Shown in pieces: positions 24,601 through 36,368 of a stretch of 64,000 nt of DNA. The notes beneath the pieces were generated by a model. That model did no database searches. It saw only the letters and a program-made list of their open reading frames with translations, and was not told where the DNA came from. A program made the translations under genes and the position numbers. Origin of the DNA: Amphiscolops sp. MND2022 (Eukaryota). The stretch lies in NCBI GenBank assembly GCA_964187785.1, contig OZ076413.1, positions 43,464,001 to 43,528,000 of the forward strand, read 5' to 3'. Positions within the stretch are counted from its first letter, which is position 1; each line of letters begins with the position of its first letter.

Positions 24601-26728
24601 CAAAAACAATACAGCGGCAGACTACTTGTCCCGTATGGAAATGGACCCTACTGAAAAGTTGGTCCTGAAAATACGAGAGGACGTAGAAACTAGACCGATC
24701 GAGGTCAATGTCCAATCAGCCGGCGTATCAGAAGAAGAACAAATTTTCTTCACCGAGGAGGACAACGAAACAGAAGAACAGATTTGGAGACGGAAACAAC
24801 AATCCAAAAAGGGCCTCATAGTCCCTGAGACAGTAATCCAAATTGACGCTATATCAGAAAATACCGTCGAAGAGATTACTAATTTCACGCAGAAATTAAG
24901 AAGAACAAATCAGATACTGCTTGAACAATCCAGAGACCCGATTCTCCTCCAATTGAGGGCGAAACTTCAAAAAGAAGAATACTCTGAAGAAATCCTTCAA
25001 CAGGATATTCGGTACAAGTATTACTTGAACAACATAGATCGAATAGTCCTCAAAGACGAGATAGTGACGCGGCAGTACTACGATGAAACCGGACAGGTCA
25101 AATATCATCAAATCTTATTACCAAAGCATTTGCTCAAAGAATTATTACAAGCAATACATGGCACGGCACATAGACACCCGGGCATTTCTAAAATGCTGCA
25201 GGAAATTCGCCAAAAATACTACTACCCCGGAATTGCTAAACACGTCAAAAAATGGGTAGAAGGCTGCGAAACATGTGCCAAGGACAAAAGGGTCCCCAAC
25301 ACGGTAATCACCCCAGAATTACTGAATTTACCTGAATGGGACCTAGGCCCAGCAGATGCCATGCAAATCGATTTACTGCCAAATTTACCAACCAGCGGCG
25401 GATACCAAACGGTGATGACGGCAATAGACGTATTTTCAAGATATTTATTCGCCTACCCGCTAATTGAGGCAACAGCCGCAAACGTAGCCAAGGTGATAAT
25501 TGACATCATGACGAAACATTCGTATTTGCCAACAACACTCATCACGGACAAGGGGTCCGCATTTACATCAAAAATTTTAGAAGAAATTACTGCAATACTG
25601 GGGATCACATTGAAGTGTGCCACTACTAAACATCCGCAAACTATTGGTAAACTTGAAAGGACACACGCCTCTTTAAAAACCAACCTAAAGATGGCCTCAG
25701 GGGAATACCGTCGTCAATGGCACAAATATTTACCATTAGCTGTACTTAACTATAACACTACTTATCACGCTAGTATTGGTTGTGAGCCTAGCAAAGTCTT
25801 TCATGGCCGAATTCCCTATAACGTCCTGGATCACAAATTAGGGAATAATCCTAACAAAAATTTCCTACCGACGACTGAATTCGCGGAAGACTTGCAGCAG
25901 AGGACACAAATCCTCATTGATCAAACCAAAAGGAATATTATGCAGTCGTATTTAAAGTACAAGGAGTACTACGACCGCAAGGCCAAGGCGGCTCCGCTAC
26001 AGGAGAAAGACTACTGTTTTGTTCTCCAACCGAAAGCAGATAGTCAAGGATCTAAAATACCATTCAGGGACTTCCGATGGATTGGTCCTTTTGTCGTTCA
26101 AAAAACTCTACCAAATAACAATTATATAGTGCGTCGTTTAAATACGAATGAAACGCAAATCTTGCACCGGATAAGGCTCAAAAAATTTGTCCCTAATGCT
26201 CCATTAGAAGACAAATACAAAGAAGAAAAATTACAGCCTGATGAAGAAATAATAATACCGCAAGATGATTTGTATACCATTTCATGGGAAACAGACTTTG
26301 AATACGAGCTGTTCGAGCCGAAGAAAAATGATTGGCCAGACACGGCCACGCGTCTGCCGCAGGACGCCACGAATGGTGAAGTCGACTATTACGTCACCGA
26401 GAATGAAAGCAGCAGAGTAAATGAAAGTGAATGCAGCAGCGAGAGAATGAATGAAAATGACGTCAACGAGAATGAAATAAGGCCGAGACCGGCTAGCAGC
26501 CGTGACGCGTCGTCCCCTCCACATGAATCGACTACTGGGACGGAAAATGAAAATGACGTCACTAATGAATTAAATGATGACGGAAACGTTCCAAAAAGGG
26601 GCGCAGATATTACCGTGCCCGGAAAATCGGAAAATGGAAAAAATGAAGAAAACTCTAGCCCTAGAGGAGGGAAATACAATCTTCGACCTAACCCAACCCC
26701 CAACTTCACTGACGAATACAGATATTAA
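21659..26728 (+). CDS. pol: Pol polyprotein (protease, dUTPase-like domain, RT, RNase H, integrase), intact
   Basis: LIDTGA, YVDD, TDAS..TDN..ADYLSR, HHCC, D..TDKG..LER; -1 frame to gag. Confidence 0.97.
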   Translation: MSVRQYVISDPANITYKQTQNDTTGMPSTVWQQQMADARKETQYIIHSDHPYLYRRNSNYNDSETQFRPLQTVEDYNPQYYDPEYGKDPYWDDELYDKINLQFRNEDYPPTDDEDDPDIEDNTLSRALIDLWQPNFEATIQEVDAIHTQEDHKAPNSLLDETAFLHLLVTKEGELPYVPLSTNLGLKFKRRMLYFPMDFGELTLDGLIDTGAHSSAIPEADLRKIRLLAPQSIVKEGPAPSFQIMVANGDLETPKSTVELKFEVGDIEFHEIFIVMEKLSSPIIGLIFLQRNHTVLDMRQGILNFPYFSMQLKTADHKYSNVLESILNPEDVTIPPNDHVVIPIQSQIYAETAVTGILQPSDLLHEEGDITFCAAIVTLHEGATRIHVNNFTDQPYKIKKGMHIANFSVMTPEQMKHVRPIDPVSTWHLLNENEDDAIYYISSLLKANRNNDQYEQYWFPTPENPGDEMTHTPIQQRILKEFRNLQSLEQLNPHDDAESRRKFLSNFDWKDSMLQQHEIRQIETLLVEFHDIFARHRFDIGVNEEFTVKLTPKDESPAYSQSLPTPVNLKEDILVELALLHKYGIITTLPFSKYASPIFAQKKPNGKLRLLVDLRKINNLISDDYVNNNHPVSTLTDAAQHMAGKKLFCKLDCSQAYHCLPMADQKSIEMLAFNFASRTFAYRRLAQGLSRALSAFSSFMREYLDRVIKADQCAQYVDDIGVAATDANQLIVNLRATFQCIREAGLKLSVHKCHFGATEIDFLGRTITPEGVKPQKERIANFLEKTKFPKSKKALQRYIGFLNYYRNYIPRLSEKLVPFFQLLKKDEKVLVTQELVEQFNAINRDLDRCSQLALKQPLPNKQLVLMTDASFTAAGYAILTEDDPNQKYTSVKKSYAPIAYGSKTFTPSQLKMSLYAKEFLAIYYAFKEFGHIFWGTPQPVIILTDNKSVTRFFQTKIIPPPLWNACDFVIQFNFIIAHIPGKNNTAADYLSRMEMDPTEKLVLKIREDVETRPIEVNVQSAGVSEEEQIFFTEEDNETEEQIWRRKQQSKKGLIVPETVIQIDAISENTVEEITNFTQKLRRTNQILLEQSRDPILLQLRAKLQKEEYSEEILQQDIRYKYYLNNIDRIVLKDEIVTRQYYDETGQVKYHQILLPKHLLKELLQAIHGTAHRHPGISKMLQEIRQKYYYPGIAKHVKKWVEGCETCAKDKRVPNTVITPELLNLPEWDLGPADAMQIDLLPNLPTSGGYQTVMTAIDVFSRYLFAYPLIEATAANVAKVIIDIMTKHSYLPTTLITDKGSAFTSKILEEITAILGITLKCATTKHPQTIGKLERTHASLKTNLKMASGEYRRQWHKYLPLAVLNYNTTYHASIGCEPSKVFHGRIPYNVLDHKLGNNPNKNFLPTTEFAEDLQQRTQILIDQTKRNIMQSYLKYKEYYDRKAKAAPLQEKDYCFVLQPKADSQGSKIPFRDFRWIGPFVVQKTLPNNNYIVRRLNTNETQILHRIRLKKFVPNAPLEDKYKEEKLQPDEEIIIPQDDLYTISWETDFEYELFEPKKNDWPDTATRLPQDATNGEVDYYVTENESSRVNESECSSERMNENDVNENEIRPRPASSRDASSPPHESTTGTENENDVTNELNDDGNVPKRGADITVPGKSENGKNEENSSPRGGKYNLRPNPTPNFTDEYRY

Positions 26729-26925
26729 CTAGATATGTAAATTAGCGTCCAGATAGCCTTTTAGACTACTTGATTTTCTTACTATTTTTCACTGGACTTC
26801 TCAACTGATACAAATGAAAACAAAAATCAAGAAATACTACAAATAAACTCAAGAAATTTCAACAAACGAGATAATATGATAAATACAAGTTGACAGAATA
26901 TGAAACAAATGTACTCTATGTACAT

Positions 26926-29900
26926 TTAGTCTTTAGAACTCCCGGGCAACAGAGTATCATTGGCAGTGGGTGCTTTAGAAAAGGAGACAGCCCCAAACTT
27001 CACTCCTTTCTTATCTTTGATTGGACTGCGATTACGCCGCTGACATCCAGTACTGGATACGGAAGACGAAGGTGACCGACTAGCAGAGCGAGGTTTATCT
27101 TTCAAAGCCTTCTGAGCGGAAATAAGAGTCTTAAGGAAATTGGCCTTGCCAAAACTGTCAATGTGGACCCAGGGGTCACCTGCAACATTCCCACTGATGA
27201 ATCTGGACTCAAGCTCGCGATATTTCTCCAAATAAGCCTCAGTTGTACATACAGCTACTGACCCAACCACGTTTGCTAAATAGGACTGAGCAGGAAGTAA
27301 GACACTGGACAATCGACAGCGAGGATCACTGCTATTTACGCCCTGGAACTTGATAGCTGGCAGTTTAGGAATTTGGGAAGTCAAGCAAAGACAACTCAAC
27401 TGGAATAAATGGAACAAGTGCCGGCGGGACCTCAACTCAGGCATGGGAGTCAGTAACCCAATCATGTCAGTAAAAGTTTCTGGAACATCTTTAAAGTCGT
27501 GGTATTTGGTACGGAAGAAGTCCACGAACTCAAGGTACTCATCCCGGGCCTCAGTCTCGGGAGTATTGGACCCCCATCCTCGCAAGCTGAAGGAGTAATA
27601 GAGGGTAGAAAAACAAAGAGCGGCTTGATCAAAGCTCACGGAAAGGAGGACCACAGGGTCAAAGCAACTCATACCCTTAACGATGTCAGAATTGAAGCTG
27701 ATGTCATCAAGGAAACGATCCAGAAGGCGAACTAGATAACTGCGAGCCCTGGAGGCAAATTCTTCCTTAATTGCTTCAACTGCGGCTTCAGAATCAGTGT
27801 ATACACTTTGGGGATCGTCGGCCTCACGTTTGGTTCTTGCCCGACAAGCTGCGTCCAGGTCTCCTTTAAGTTTTAACCGATTGAGGAAATCCCGTGACGA
27901 AAGCTGGGTGAGCGACTCTCCCTGTAATGAGTGTAACCCAGTCCATTCGGCCTCATCAGGCAAATGTTTCGGAAGCAAGGATCTATAGCAGAGCTTCCGC
28001 ACGAACTGCCGTAAGTCGCGGTATGTAAGGAAGCCAGAGTCTTTCCGCTGAGAGAGACTGCCCTCGAAGCACTTGGTATCTGCAAAACAACGAACCTTTT
28101 GAGAATATACTAGTGATAAATGAGTAGACCCCTAGTCCGTTCGGACAATAATGGCCCTACGTGAGCTTGAATGTGAGTAACTATGCTTATACACATAATT
28201 GGTCCATGAAAGAAAAGAAAATACTAACAATCACGGACAATTCGGCCAAAGAATTCGAGTTTGAGATGAAAGAACTCATCACCAATTATGCTCCACTCTA
28301 AACTTTGGGGTCTATGCCTCACTCCCTGGTTTTCTTGCGTCGGAGCAACTCGGGTCATATAATCATGGACCGCCCTCCAGTCCGCCAGCAGCTCGGAACA
28401 TATTGCAGGAACTGATGTGATTTCCAGAGAACAAGTTGAAATTGCCTAAACGGAAGAACTACTTGGGAGCGAAAACTGACCATTAGTCCACCCGCCAAAA
28501 CAGATATGATTATATTTACCTTGCCAAGTTCAGGAGTCTGAGTGGCCCAGATCTCGTCCTGACAGCCATCTAGGAATGTGACTAAGAATCGGAGTTGAGA
28601 GAAAAAGTTGATCCCTCCGAAGACGCTTCCCCATTTCTGATGCATGAGCTTGGGCAAAGAAAATGTATCAAATCTAAATGGGTATTGAATTCCTTTCGTT
28701 AGCAAGCCCGACTGTTCCAAAATGGGAATGAGTTCCGACGGACAGCGAGACACACTGACCAATTGCGGCTGCACTGACAAGAATGAGAAGATGCGCGCTA
28801 TTGCGGTCAACAGTCCAGCAGCATGGTCACTGGCGAGACGGTACTGCATAAGACGAACGGTACACAAAGTGTCTGCCTTCCAGAAACGGATTGACACAAT
28901 ACAATGAAGGCCTGAAGGTTCAAACTCCAAGGAATACTTGCCGGAGACGTTCACGTGGTGGGCTATGTCGCTCATTCCGCAGAGGAAAATGTGGTGAAAG
29001 ATAGTCTGAAATATAAAGGACTAAATGAGACGACGACAATTGGAAACCTTACGACGATGACGAAGTCAGAAAGGAAAGAATACTTACGGTCAAAGTGGTA
29101 GCGCCCCACTCGAGAGGTGAAAATGGTTCCTTGTGGTTAGCTGCTATGCCAATCTGGTTCCACAAAGTCTGGAGTAACAGGACGTCTCCGCACTGAGGGA
29201 CGAAGTGGCCAACCAGGGAAATCTGAGTACAAATTCTAATTTCTTCAGAGGTGGGTGTAGCGGTTGTTCCGGCAATGTAGTCGTCGTAAAAGGGGTGCTT
29301 GTCCCCTATGTCAACTAAAACGGCGTTCTCAAAAAGGGGTTTTTCCCTCTCCAACTCAACTGGCGTAAGGATTCGTCCGTCTTTGCCCCGGACTTCGTGT
29401 CTCACTTGGCCAGTCACCGGGTCCACAAGCCGTAGGTGTTCGTACCTCCAGCGCTGGTCTTTTCGAAGGTGCGACTCTGACTGGTAGTGCCTCACGATTT
29501 CCCTGGCCCCTTTTGAGAACATAGAGATATTGGACTTGCAGATTTGGCAATAAAATTTGTGTTTATTGTGCTCTGGGTCCAAGGGGCCGGTCACGAAGGT
29601 TTTGGTCCATTTTATGCCTTTGAAATAGGCTTCTTTCATGACTTTTCCTGTAGATCCAGCCACCTTCCTGCGTTTTCGAACGGGCCTTTTGGGACCCTCG
29701 GGTGATTGGGGGGCACACAATTGGGATAACGGCCTGTAGTCAGAGGCAGTAAACCCCGGACTCGGGATCATTTCACTGGACGTAACTGCATCAGTCGAAG
29801 TAGCCTGATTGTCCGTCGACACTTGGGGAAGTGTGGGTCGCCGGGTGATGAAATCGTCATCGGAACTTAAAGCCCCACTTGTATAGTCATCTGTAGTGTG

Positions 29901-30782
29901 TCCGCCCCGGGATGTGTCTTCTGCCGAGCTCTCAGAATTTGTACGGGGAGCCCGAGAGCCTCCGGGTACAGCCCATTCCCTGTTCATCCTACTGCCGGCT
30001 TTGAGAGCTTCGTTGACCAGTGAATGCATCGTGTGCAATGACGACGAAACGGCTTCATCTGAGACAACCTTGAGTAACGGATGGACCTGTGGCTCACTAA
30101 GAGCCAGGGTTCGGTGCCCAACAGGCAAGTGAACCGGTGGGGCCTCATTGAAATACTTCTTAAGCAATGCTCGACCAGGGACAGTAAGGCCAGTCTTTTC
30201 CTTCGATTGTCGTACGCGAGTAACAACACTGGATGTATCAGCTAGACGGCCTGTATTCAGATCTTCTTGTCCCTCCTCCTCTGGATCAGCAACCCCAGAA
30301 GCTATGAATGTGAGCTTACGAGTCGTGGTATCCGCCCCGGCACTATCGTAGAGCTCCTCTACCGAGCTAGTGTCAGTTTGGAAGTAGTCAGCTTTGAGCT
30401 TGAATTGGCCCTCTTCGCTCATTTCTTCTTCATGAGTTTCAGTCTCCACTAGTCCGTCTGGCTGGCCCTCATTTCCTTCAATGAGCTTGTCGATTGCATC
30501 CGAGACAGATGCCTTAGGTATAGTCTGTTCCGGAGTTGGCTCTGTCGATTCGGCCTCAATGGTCGGGTTGAAGCGAACTTCATGTTGGGGCCCTAATTCT
30601 TGTAATGTGCGCTCTACATATGCACTGACGCTCTCCTCTGTTGATGGACTGGGGGTTAAAGTCTCCTGGGGAATGACTTGTGTCGAGCTGACGACGGTAG
30701 GGAGGGGATTTGCTGACTGTTCTTGCCCCTCTGTGCCAGTAGGTATCATAGTAGCTTCTTCAAGAACGTTCTCTGACGACAT
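26926..30782 (-). CDS. Antisense spliced BED-finger / hAT-transposase-like protein (~1183 aa); exons 30782-29088, 29005-28520, 28445-28229, 28079-26926
   Basis: Three GT..AG introns (82, 74, 149 nt) give one continuous 3552-nt frame; W..FYCQIC..RHYQSESH BED-type finger; RKRRK NLS. Confidence 0.8.
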
Positions 30783-32055
30783 GTCTAAATAAAAAGAGAA
30801 GAAATCAAGCGGGAACCTTCCTGAATTAAAATCCATTTTACCGCATTTAAAAATCTTCCGGAAGTTGATTTGTTTGAACACTTGTGAACACTTGTGTTAT
30901 ATGGACAGGAAGTCGATGAAAGTGATTAGAGCCCTGATCAAGCCTAATCTCTATTCAAAACAAAAGAAGAGCAACTACTTACTTGGAATTTGGTACTGGC
31001 AGTATATCAGTAGATCCTCGCAAAGATACAAATCGGCTTGTGAAGAAGTATGTCGCGATGAAGGTGAAAAAATTGCTGCACCGTATGTGTGAAGGAAGTT
31101 GGGGATGTTGAAATTGACTAAGATCACCAAGCTGGACTGGATGTCGATTAGTCAGAGTATTCCTTGCAGATCCGCAGGATTAGGGACGTGTGGACGCTGA
31201 GTCCCAAGATGAAAGTGGGATGGAGATATAAAGAAATGTATAAATAAAAACGACTCAGAAGACTAACTATCAACTAAATAACAAGTGAGTAAATACGTTG
31301 GTGATTAAATACTGGATAATACAAGAAGTGAATAGTACAACTGAATGATAAAGAATTGAAAGAAGAATTGGCGTTGTGACAAGATGTCAAGATTGGAGTT
31401 CGTGGCTATACAATTTGGTGTCAAATTTACAAGTATTTACAATTTATGGAGATATGTGGATAAAGTCTGCCAGCGATATCTACTTTTTCCATTAATTTCG
31501 AAAACTTTGTTATTTGCAAAATTATTCCATGATTTTATTTTTTTATTTTATTTTATTTTATTTTATTCCGTTTTCAAGGTCATTTTATATTATTCCTTAT
31601 ATGGATTTACGACCTTGAGAGGCCATTTTAACTTTGAAATTTTGCTGCAATCTTATTGGTTGATCATATCGATGAAGGCCGGCGTGGCTGACTGCCATAA
31701 CTTTACCTCCTTGAGTTTCTCAAGTACCTGATGAGTGTTAATAAACACTTGAAGTAACTCTCCTAACTTAGAAGTATTAGCCTAGCTGATGATGGTCAAT
31801 AAAACTGATGTCGGCAATTACAAAGTGTCTTGGCGGCATGATAAAAGAACAAGAGAAGCGGAATCTGTTATTGAAGAATTACTTGCCGGGAAATGTGAAA
31901 ACCCGGGAAAGGAGAGACGAAGAGACTCGCGGTCGAAGGAAACTGAGATCGCCATAATCTCAATTTCTCTGCTGAAAATCAGTTGATTTCAACAACACCT
32001 AAATTCCAACAGGAAAACAATCAAAATTGCAAAGAAAATCTTCAAAATCCGAGCT

Positions 32056-32874
32056 ATGTCAGACATCTCCGAGACCTTCCCGATGGACTTCATCGGAGCA
32101 GCAAGATCAGAAGGGGAACCGGCAATCATATACATCTCTAGCGACGAAGAGGAAGCGATGGACTCAAATTGTGGGTGGTCTGTGGATGACTTGTACTTGT
32201 CGTCCGAAGACGAATCAGACGAGATTAGACTCATGGCCAAATTTATTGAAAGACAACTTGCGGAGCCCATATCAATTCCTTCAACCTCAGCCGGTCAGAA
32301 GCAGAAAAGACCTGTGACGCCCAGGCCAAATGTGCCACCATTTCCTACCTTTGGGGAGAAGTACTTCAACTTGGCAAGGGGAAATGGGCCTGTAAGTCGG
32401 GACAACAGGATCAAATCTAATCACCCCATAAATATATGCCGAAATCTAGTACCGCAAGTGGACACCCCGCTATCTCCACCTGAACAGGACAGAGGACTAC
32501 AATACCCATGTGAACCTCATGACGATTCACCATCCTCCATGAACACGTCAATGGAAGCGGTGGCAAGTCATTTCGACGAGATGGTCCTTGCCGAGCCACC
32601 CTCCTTAGTCAACTACTCAGACTGCGTGGTATGCGGGAAATCAGTCAAACAAATTCAAGAAGAGACCGTCAATGAATATCTGGACAGGACAGTAACTGTA
32701 GGAGAGACTTTAGCTGAGACTCAGGCAAGGAGGAGAGCATTCCTAGATGGCATGAACGCAAACGCTTTTCTACTTATGCCAGGGGGAGTGTCGCGGGCTG
32801 CCGCCTGCGACGGCAATTGGTACTCAGTCGGCTACAACTACAATACTCTCCCTGGTACCCTCCCAATGAACTGA
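32056..32874 (+). CDS. Accessory ORF (272 aa) overlapping PPT and 3' LTR
   Basis: ATG ORF with SIM-like IIYISSDEEE, acidic N-terminus, CVVCGK. Confidence 0.6.
   Translation: MSDISETFPMDFIGAARSEGEPAIIYISSDEEEAMDSNCGWSVDDLYLSSEDESDEIRLMAKFIERQLAEPISIPSTSAGQKQKRPVTPRPNVPPFPTFGEKYFNLARGNGPVSRDNRIKSNHPINICRNLVPQVDTPLSPPEQDRGLQYPCEPHDDSPSSMNTSMEAVASHFDEMVLAEPPSLVNYSDCVVCGKSVKQIQEETVNEYLDRTVTVGETLAETQARRRAFLDGMNANAFLLMPGGVSRAAACDGNWYSVGYNYNTLPGTLPMN
32781..32788 (+). promoter_or_regulatory. Polypurine tract
   Basis: AGGGGGAG directly before 3' LTR TGT. Confidence 0.8.
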
Positions 32875-34531
32875 GGAATGGACTATTAGTCCAAAAGTCT
32901 AAGAAGACAAACTATAAACTTATCTTATTGTGATTGATTTCGCATATGTTTATGTAAGTATATCATTTTATTCGGGGCTTTTATATTAATGAAGTTTGAA
33001 ACGATTTGGAATAATTATCCGGAATTAGCCATGTAAAGTATGTAGTTGAAAATTGAATATAGTGTATTAATACATGTATAACAGTGATAGATATATACCA
33101 CGGCTGAGAAATTGGACACCAAGGCGTACAGGTAAAGGAAACGAGTTCAAATGTTTCCTTTCCTGTCTCGCTAGACGCGCTGTCCGTCCAATTTCTCAAC
33201 CAATCACAGTGCATTGTTCATTTGCTCGCTCCTGTGCTGTATTCTAAATTAAAGGACTCAAGGGCCACACGCCACCACAACGACGCTACTCTTGTATTAA
33301 ATAAGGACGCGTGGACACTGAGTCCAAAGTAGAATAAAAGAAGTGCGTATATTGAAATTGATAATGTACTATCTCAGAAGCGGTATATTTACTCTGATTG
33401 GAGACCTGTCACCTTGTTTACAAAAGGACCATTAGTCCTTCCCCCCCCTCTTTTGTGTTCTCTTATTTTCCAGAACTTCCTGGATAGAAAGTCAAAACGG
33501 GCTGTTTGTATCTTAAAAAGCCATAAAGGACAGCTCAATGTTCATACACCATCTTTGCATGTATTTATTTCATATGATTTAGCATGTATTGTTTTACATG
33601 AAGTGTTGCTACTGAAACTTGATTGGATGACCTGAAGGGGCACATGTACATCTTTGAATGTAACTACTTCATATATGTAGAAGCACGTAAATCAATTACG
33701 TCATAGTTGTTGCTATTTTTAGTATTATGATAATATACTTGTAAAGACACGTTGTATGTTGTGTCTATTTTTAGAATACCTGTTACTAAAATTAGACTGA
33801 TGACTACCACTTTTATGCATGTCATGTTTAGTTGATTATAAATAACCGGGACCCGTGGTCCTGGGGACGTAATCTTCATACGAATAGTCACAGTCAAGTT
33901 CGCTGTTATAATACCGAATACAATATTATTTGCAAGCTTAAAGATTTCAATTTAAATTCTTTCCTCTTGCAACAATCTCTCATGCCTTCTACGAGACGTC
34001 AAAAGGCGAAAACTAGAAAGTCTAGAGAAATGGACATGATGTCCGATATGGACAACTTGGACGTAATGTTAGGTAATGGGAGTGAAAATCCTATAGAGAG
34101 AGAATTAACTGAAGTAATTGAACAATCTTCAGTTCGTAGTGACAGTGAGGCTAATCTGTACCAAAGGGATGAATATAGAAACTTCTCCCATGAGAATAGT
34201 GAATACAGGCAGAACGATGTTAGGCAGTCTTTTGAAACTTTCTCAAATGAATTTAATCTTAGACTTTCTCAAGAAATGGATTCCATGATGGCCATGGTAC
34301 ATAGCCAAATAAATAGGGCAATCAGTACTGCCATATCAGAAAAGGTGCTACCAGAGATTCAAAATATTGTGAGTTCAATGTCTTCCTCTGGGAACAGGGA
34401 CACTGAGGCTAGTATGTCTCCTAGCAGTCAGGAAAATAGGGAAAATCCATCCGGCTTGAAAACAAAATTATTGAAAAAGGACTCGCGGTCCGTTGGTGAT
34501 TTGCGAGACACCACGGGACGTGGCTCTTACA
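32789..34531 (+). repeat. 3' LTR (1743 bp)
   Basis: Near-identical to 5' LTR, followed by TSD CCGGG. Confidence 0.96.
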
Positions 34532-35943
34532 CCGGGTTTATTACCTCTTCAGAAGTTTTTGCCCAGAACGAAGCACGAAACCCGTGCTAATTTGGTTAAA
34601 CTGGCGATGAACAAGAAACTGGCCAAAGTATAGAAAAGAATGCTGGAAGCGGACAAAAAGACGAGTTTGCGAATGTCACAGACGCGAAAATATTAGCAAG
34701 AAAGGTAAAACTGATTGGTGGTAAATTCATGGAATACAAGGAACTAAAGAAAGGAAAAAGAACATTGGACACGTCCATTTTCTGCATTACCGAGTCAGTT
34801 CATGAACTGAAAAAAGACAAAGCAAGAAACACAAAGAGCTCTTCAGTTACTTTTGGTCCTGTGACACTTATGAGAGTTTCCGCAGTAATTGTGGAAAAAA
34901 ACCTACGTTTTTGGCACTCTGGGACATTTTTCGAAACTCCATTTGGTCAAAAGTCAGCTCCTTAAATTTCTTAAAAAAAGTTTTCGTCTTGGAGAAAGTT
35001 CTCGTTTTGCGAGTTCAAAGAGTTTTTGGGTTTTTCGCCATTGTGACTTTTTCGAAAGAAATAGTTTTTGAAAGTTTTCTGCAAACATTGAGTTTTTTGA
35101 TATTTCGAGTGAGAGAAAAAAGCAATTTTCGAATGTTATGGGTATAGTTTCAGGTATTTTTTGTCGCCGTACGTTTAATAACGGTTTTCAAAATGATATC
35201 CATTTGCATATTTAAAGCATTTCACTCTGTTTCAACCTTGTGCGGGACGCTGTCTTGCGCCTTTACCGGCTTATTTTGGATTGTTGTACCAGTTATTGTA
35301 CGAACTTCGCAAAAACCACACAGCTCAACGGATTCTCAAAAACTTCTGTGTCCCAGTCTGTAAAAGACATTCAACACATACGCAAGATTTGCATTCAGTG
35401 CAAACTTTCCGCCCAGATTAACAAACCAAGCGTTGCTAATTACACGTGGAACAATCTGCCAAATATTTTAAAACTTAACTGATTACCTTAGTGGGATTTG
35501 ATTGGACGGATTGAAGAAAAGCACCGTGGTTTCATCGCTTTACTATCCATGACACAGTAGAGTAACTTAGGTAGCAGCATCTTCGTAACATTATAGAAAG
35601 AAAAACAAACGCGTTAATTGATAAAACGGAAATGACTATTGAGCGGTGCTTCTAAGATAATGGGAACGTGTGAAGGAACGGATTTTACTGTTCCTATATC
35701 TAGGAAAACTGTATCTAACGTTGTTGATCTGCTGGCGTATAAACGAACGCGGAGTGCGCATTTGTGGAAAAATCAAAGCGGGGAAACCTTGAGTAAGTCT
35801 TTTCAAAAAGACACAGACCACACGAAAGTTAGTCGATGAATTACATTACGTCAGACGAACCAAGGCAGAAATCAGCAGTGTGCAGAAATCAATAACCTAA
35901 ATGGTTCTTATAAGACTATTATAAACTTTTGGGGGTTCTCGTC

Positions 35944-36368
35944 CCCAGGTTGACCCCATACTCAGAAATGGTGAATCATACTATGTCATAGTATGATCAT
36001 GGTGAAAAATGATCATCACAATATAGTCATAGTATGGTCATTTTATGACTAGCATGGCAATGATTATGGTCATAGTATGAGTTACCATATGGTAACATAT
36101 GTTCAAAAATTTTCAAAAATTCGAAGTCCGCTTAGCGGAAAAATTTGAAATTTGAAATACATCAAAAAGTGAGGGATGTTGTCATGTCTTACATCTCGAT
36201 TTTCAATCTAGAATACATCGTTCCTCATACTATGATCATGCTATGTTCATATTATGATACATGGTCGCCATGGTACGGTCTTGGCATGATCATGATCATG
36301 GAATGACCATGATCATAGTATGATTATACTATGATCATAGCATGGTGAGTATGGTTGGTCAACCTGGG
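35944..36368. mobile_element. Non-autonomous TIR element (MITE, EnSpm/CMC-like)
   Basis: TIR CCCAGGTTGACC / GGTCAACCTGGG, flanking TC on both sides, CATG/CATAGTATG-rich subterminal repeats. Confidence 0.7.

Larger units (their letters stand above)
18751..34531 (+). mobile_element. Full-length Ty3/Gypsy LTR retrotransposon, 15,781 bp, with two extra genes
   Basis: TG..CA LTRs, TSD CCGGG (18746-18750 / 34532-34536), PBS, PPT, PR-RT-RH-IN order. Confidence 0.97.

Noticed and set aside
31725..31765. Possible hammerhead ribozyme (CTGATGA + GTGTT/AACAC stem)
   Set aside because: Stem is followed by TTGAAG not GAAA; stems I and III not found
26926..32874. env gene in the extra region
   Set aside because: No sense ORF with signal peptide or TM anchor
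33832..34590. Independent 252-aa gene
   Set aside because: 3' LTR copy of the gag N-terminus running into flank
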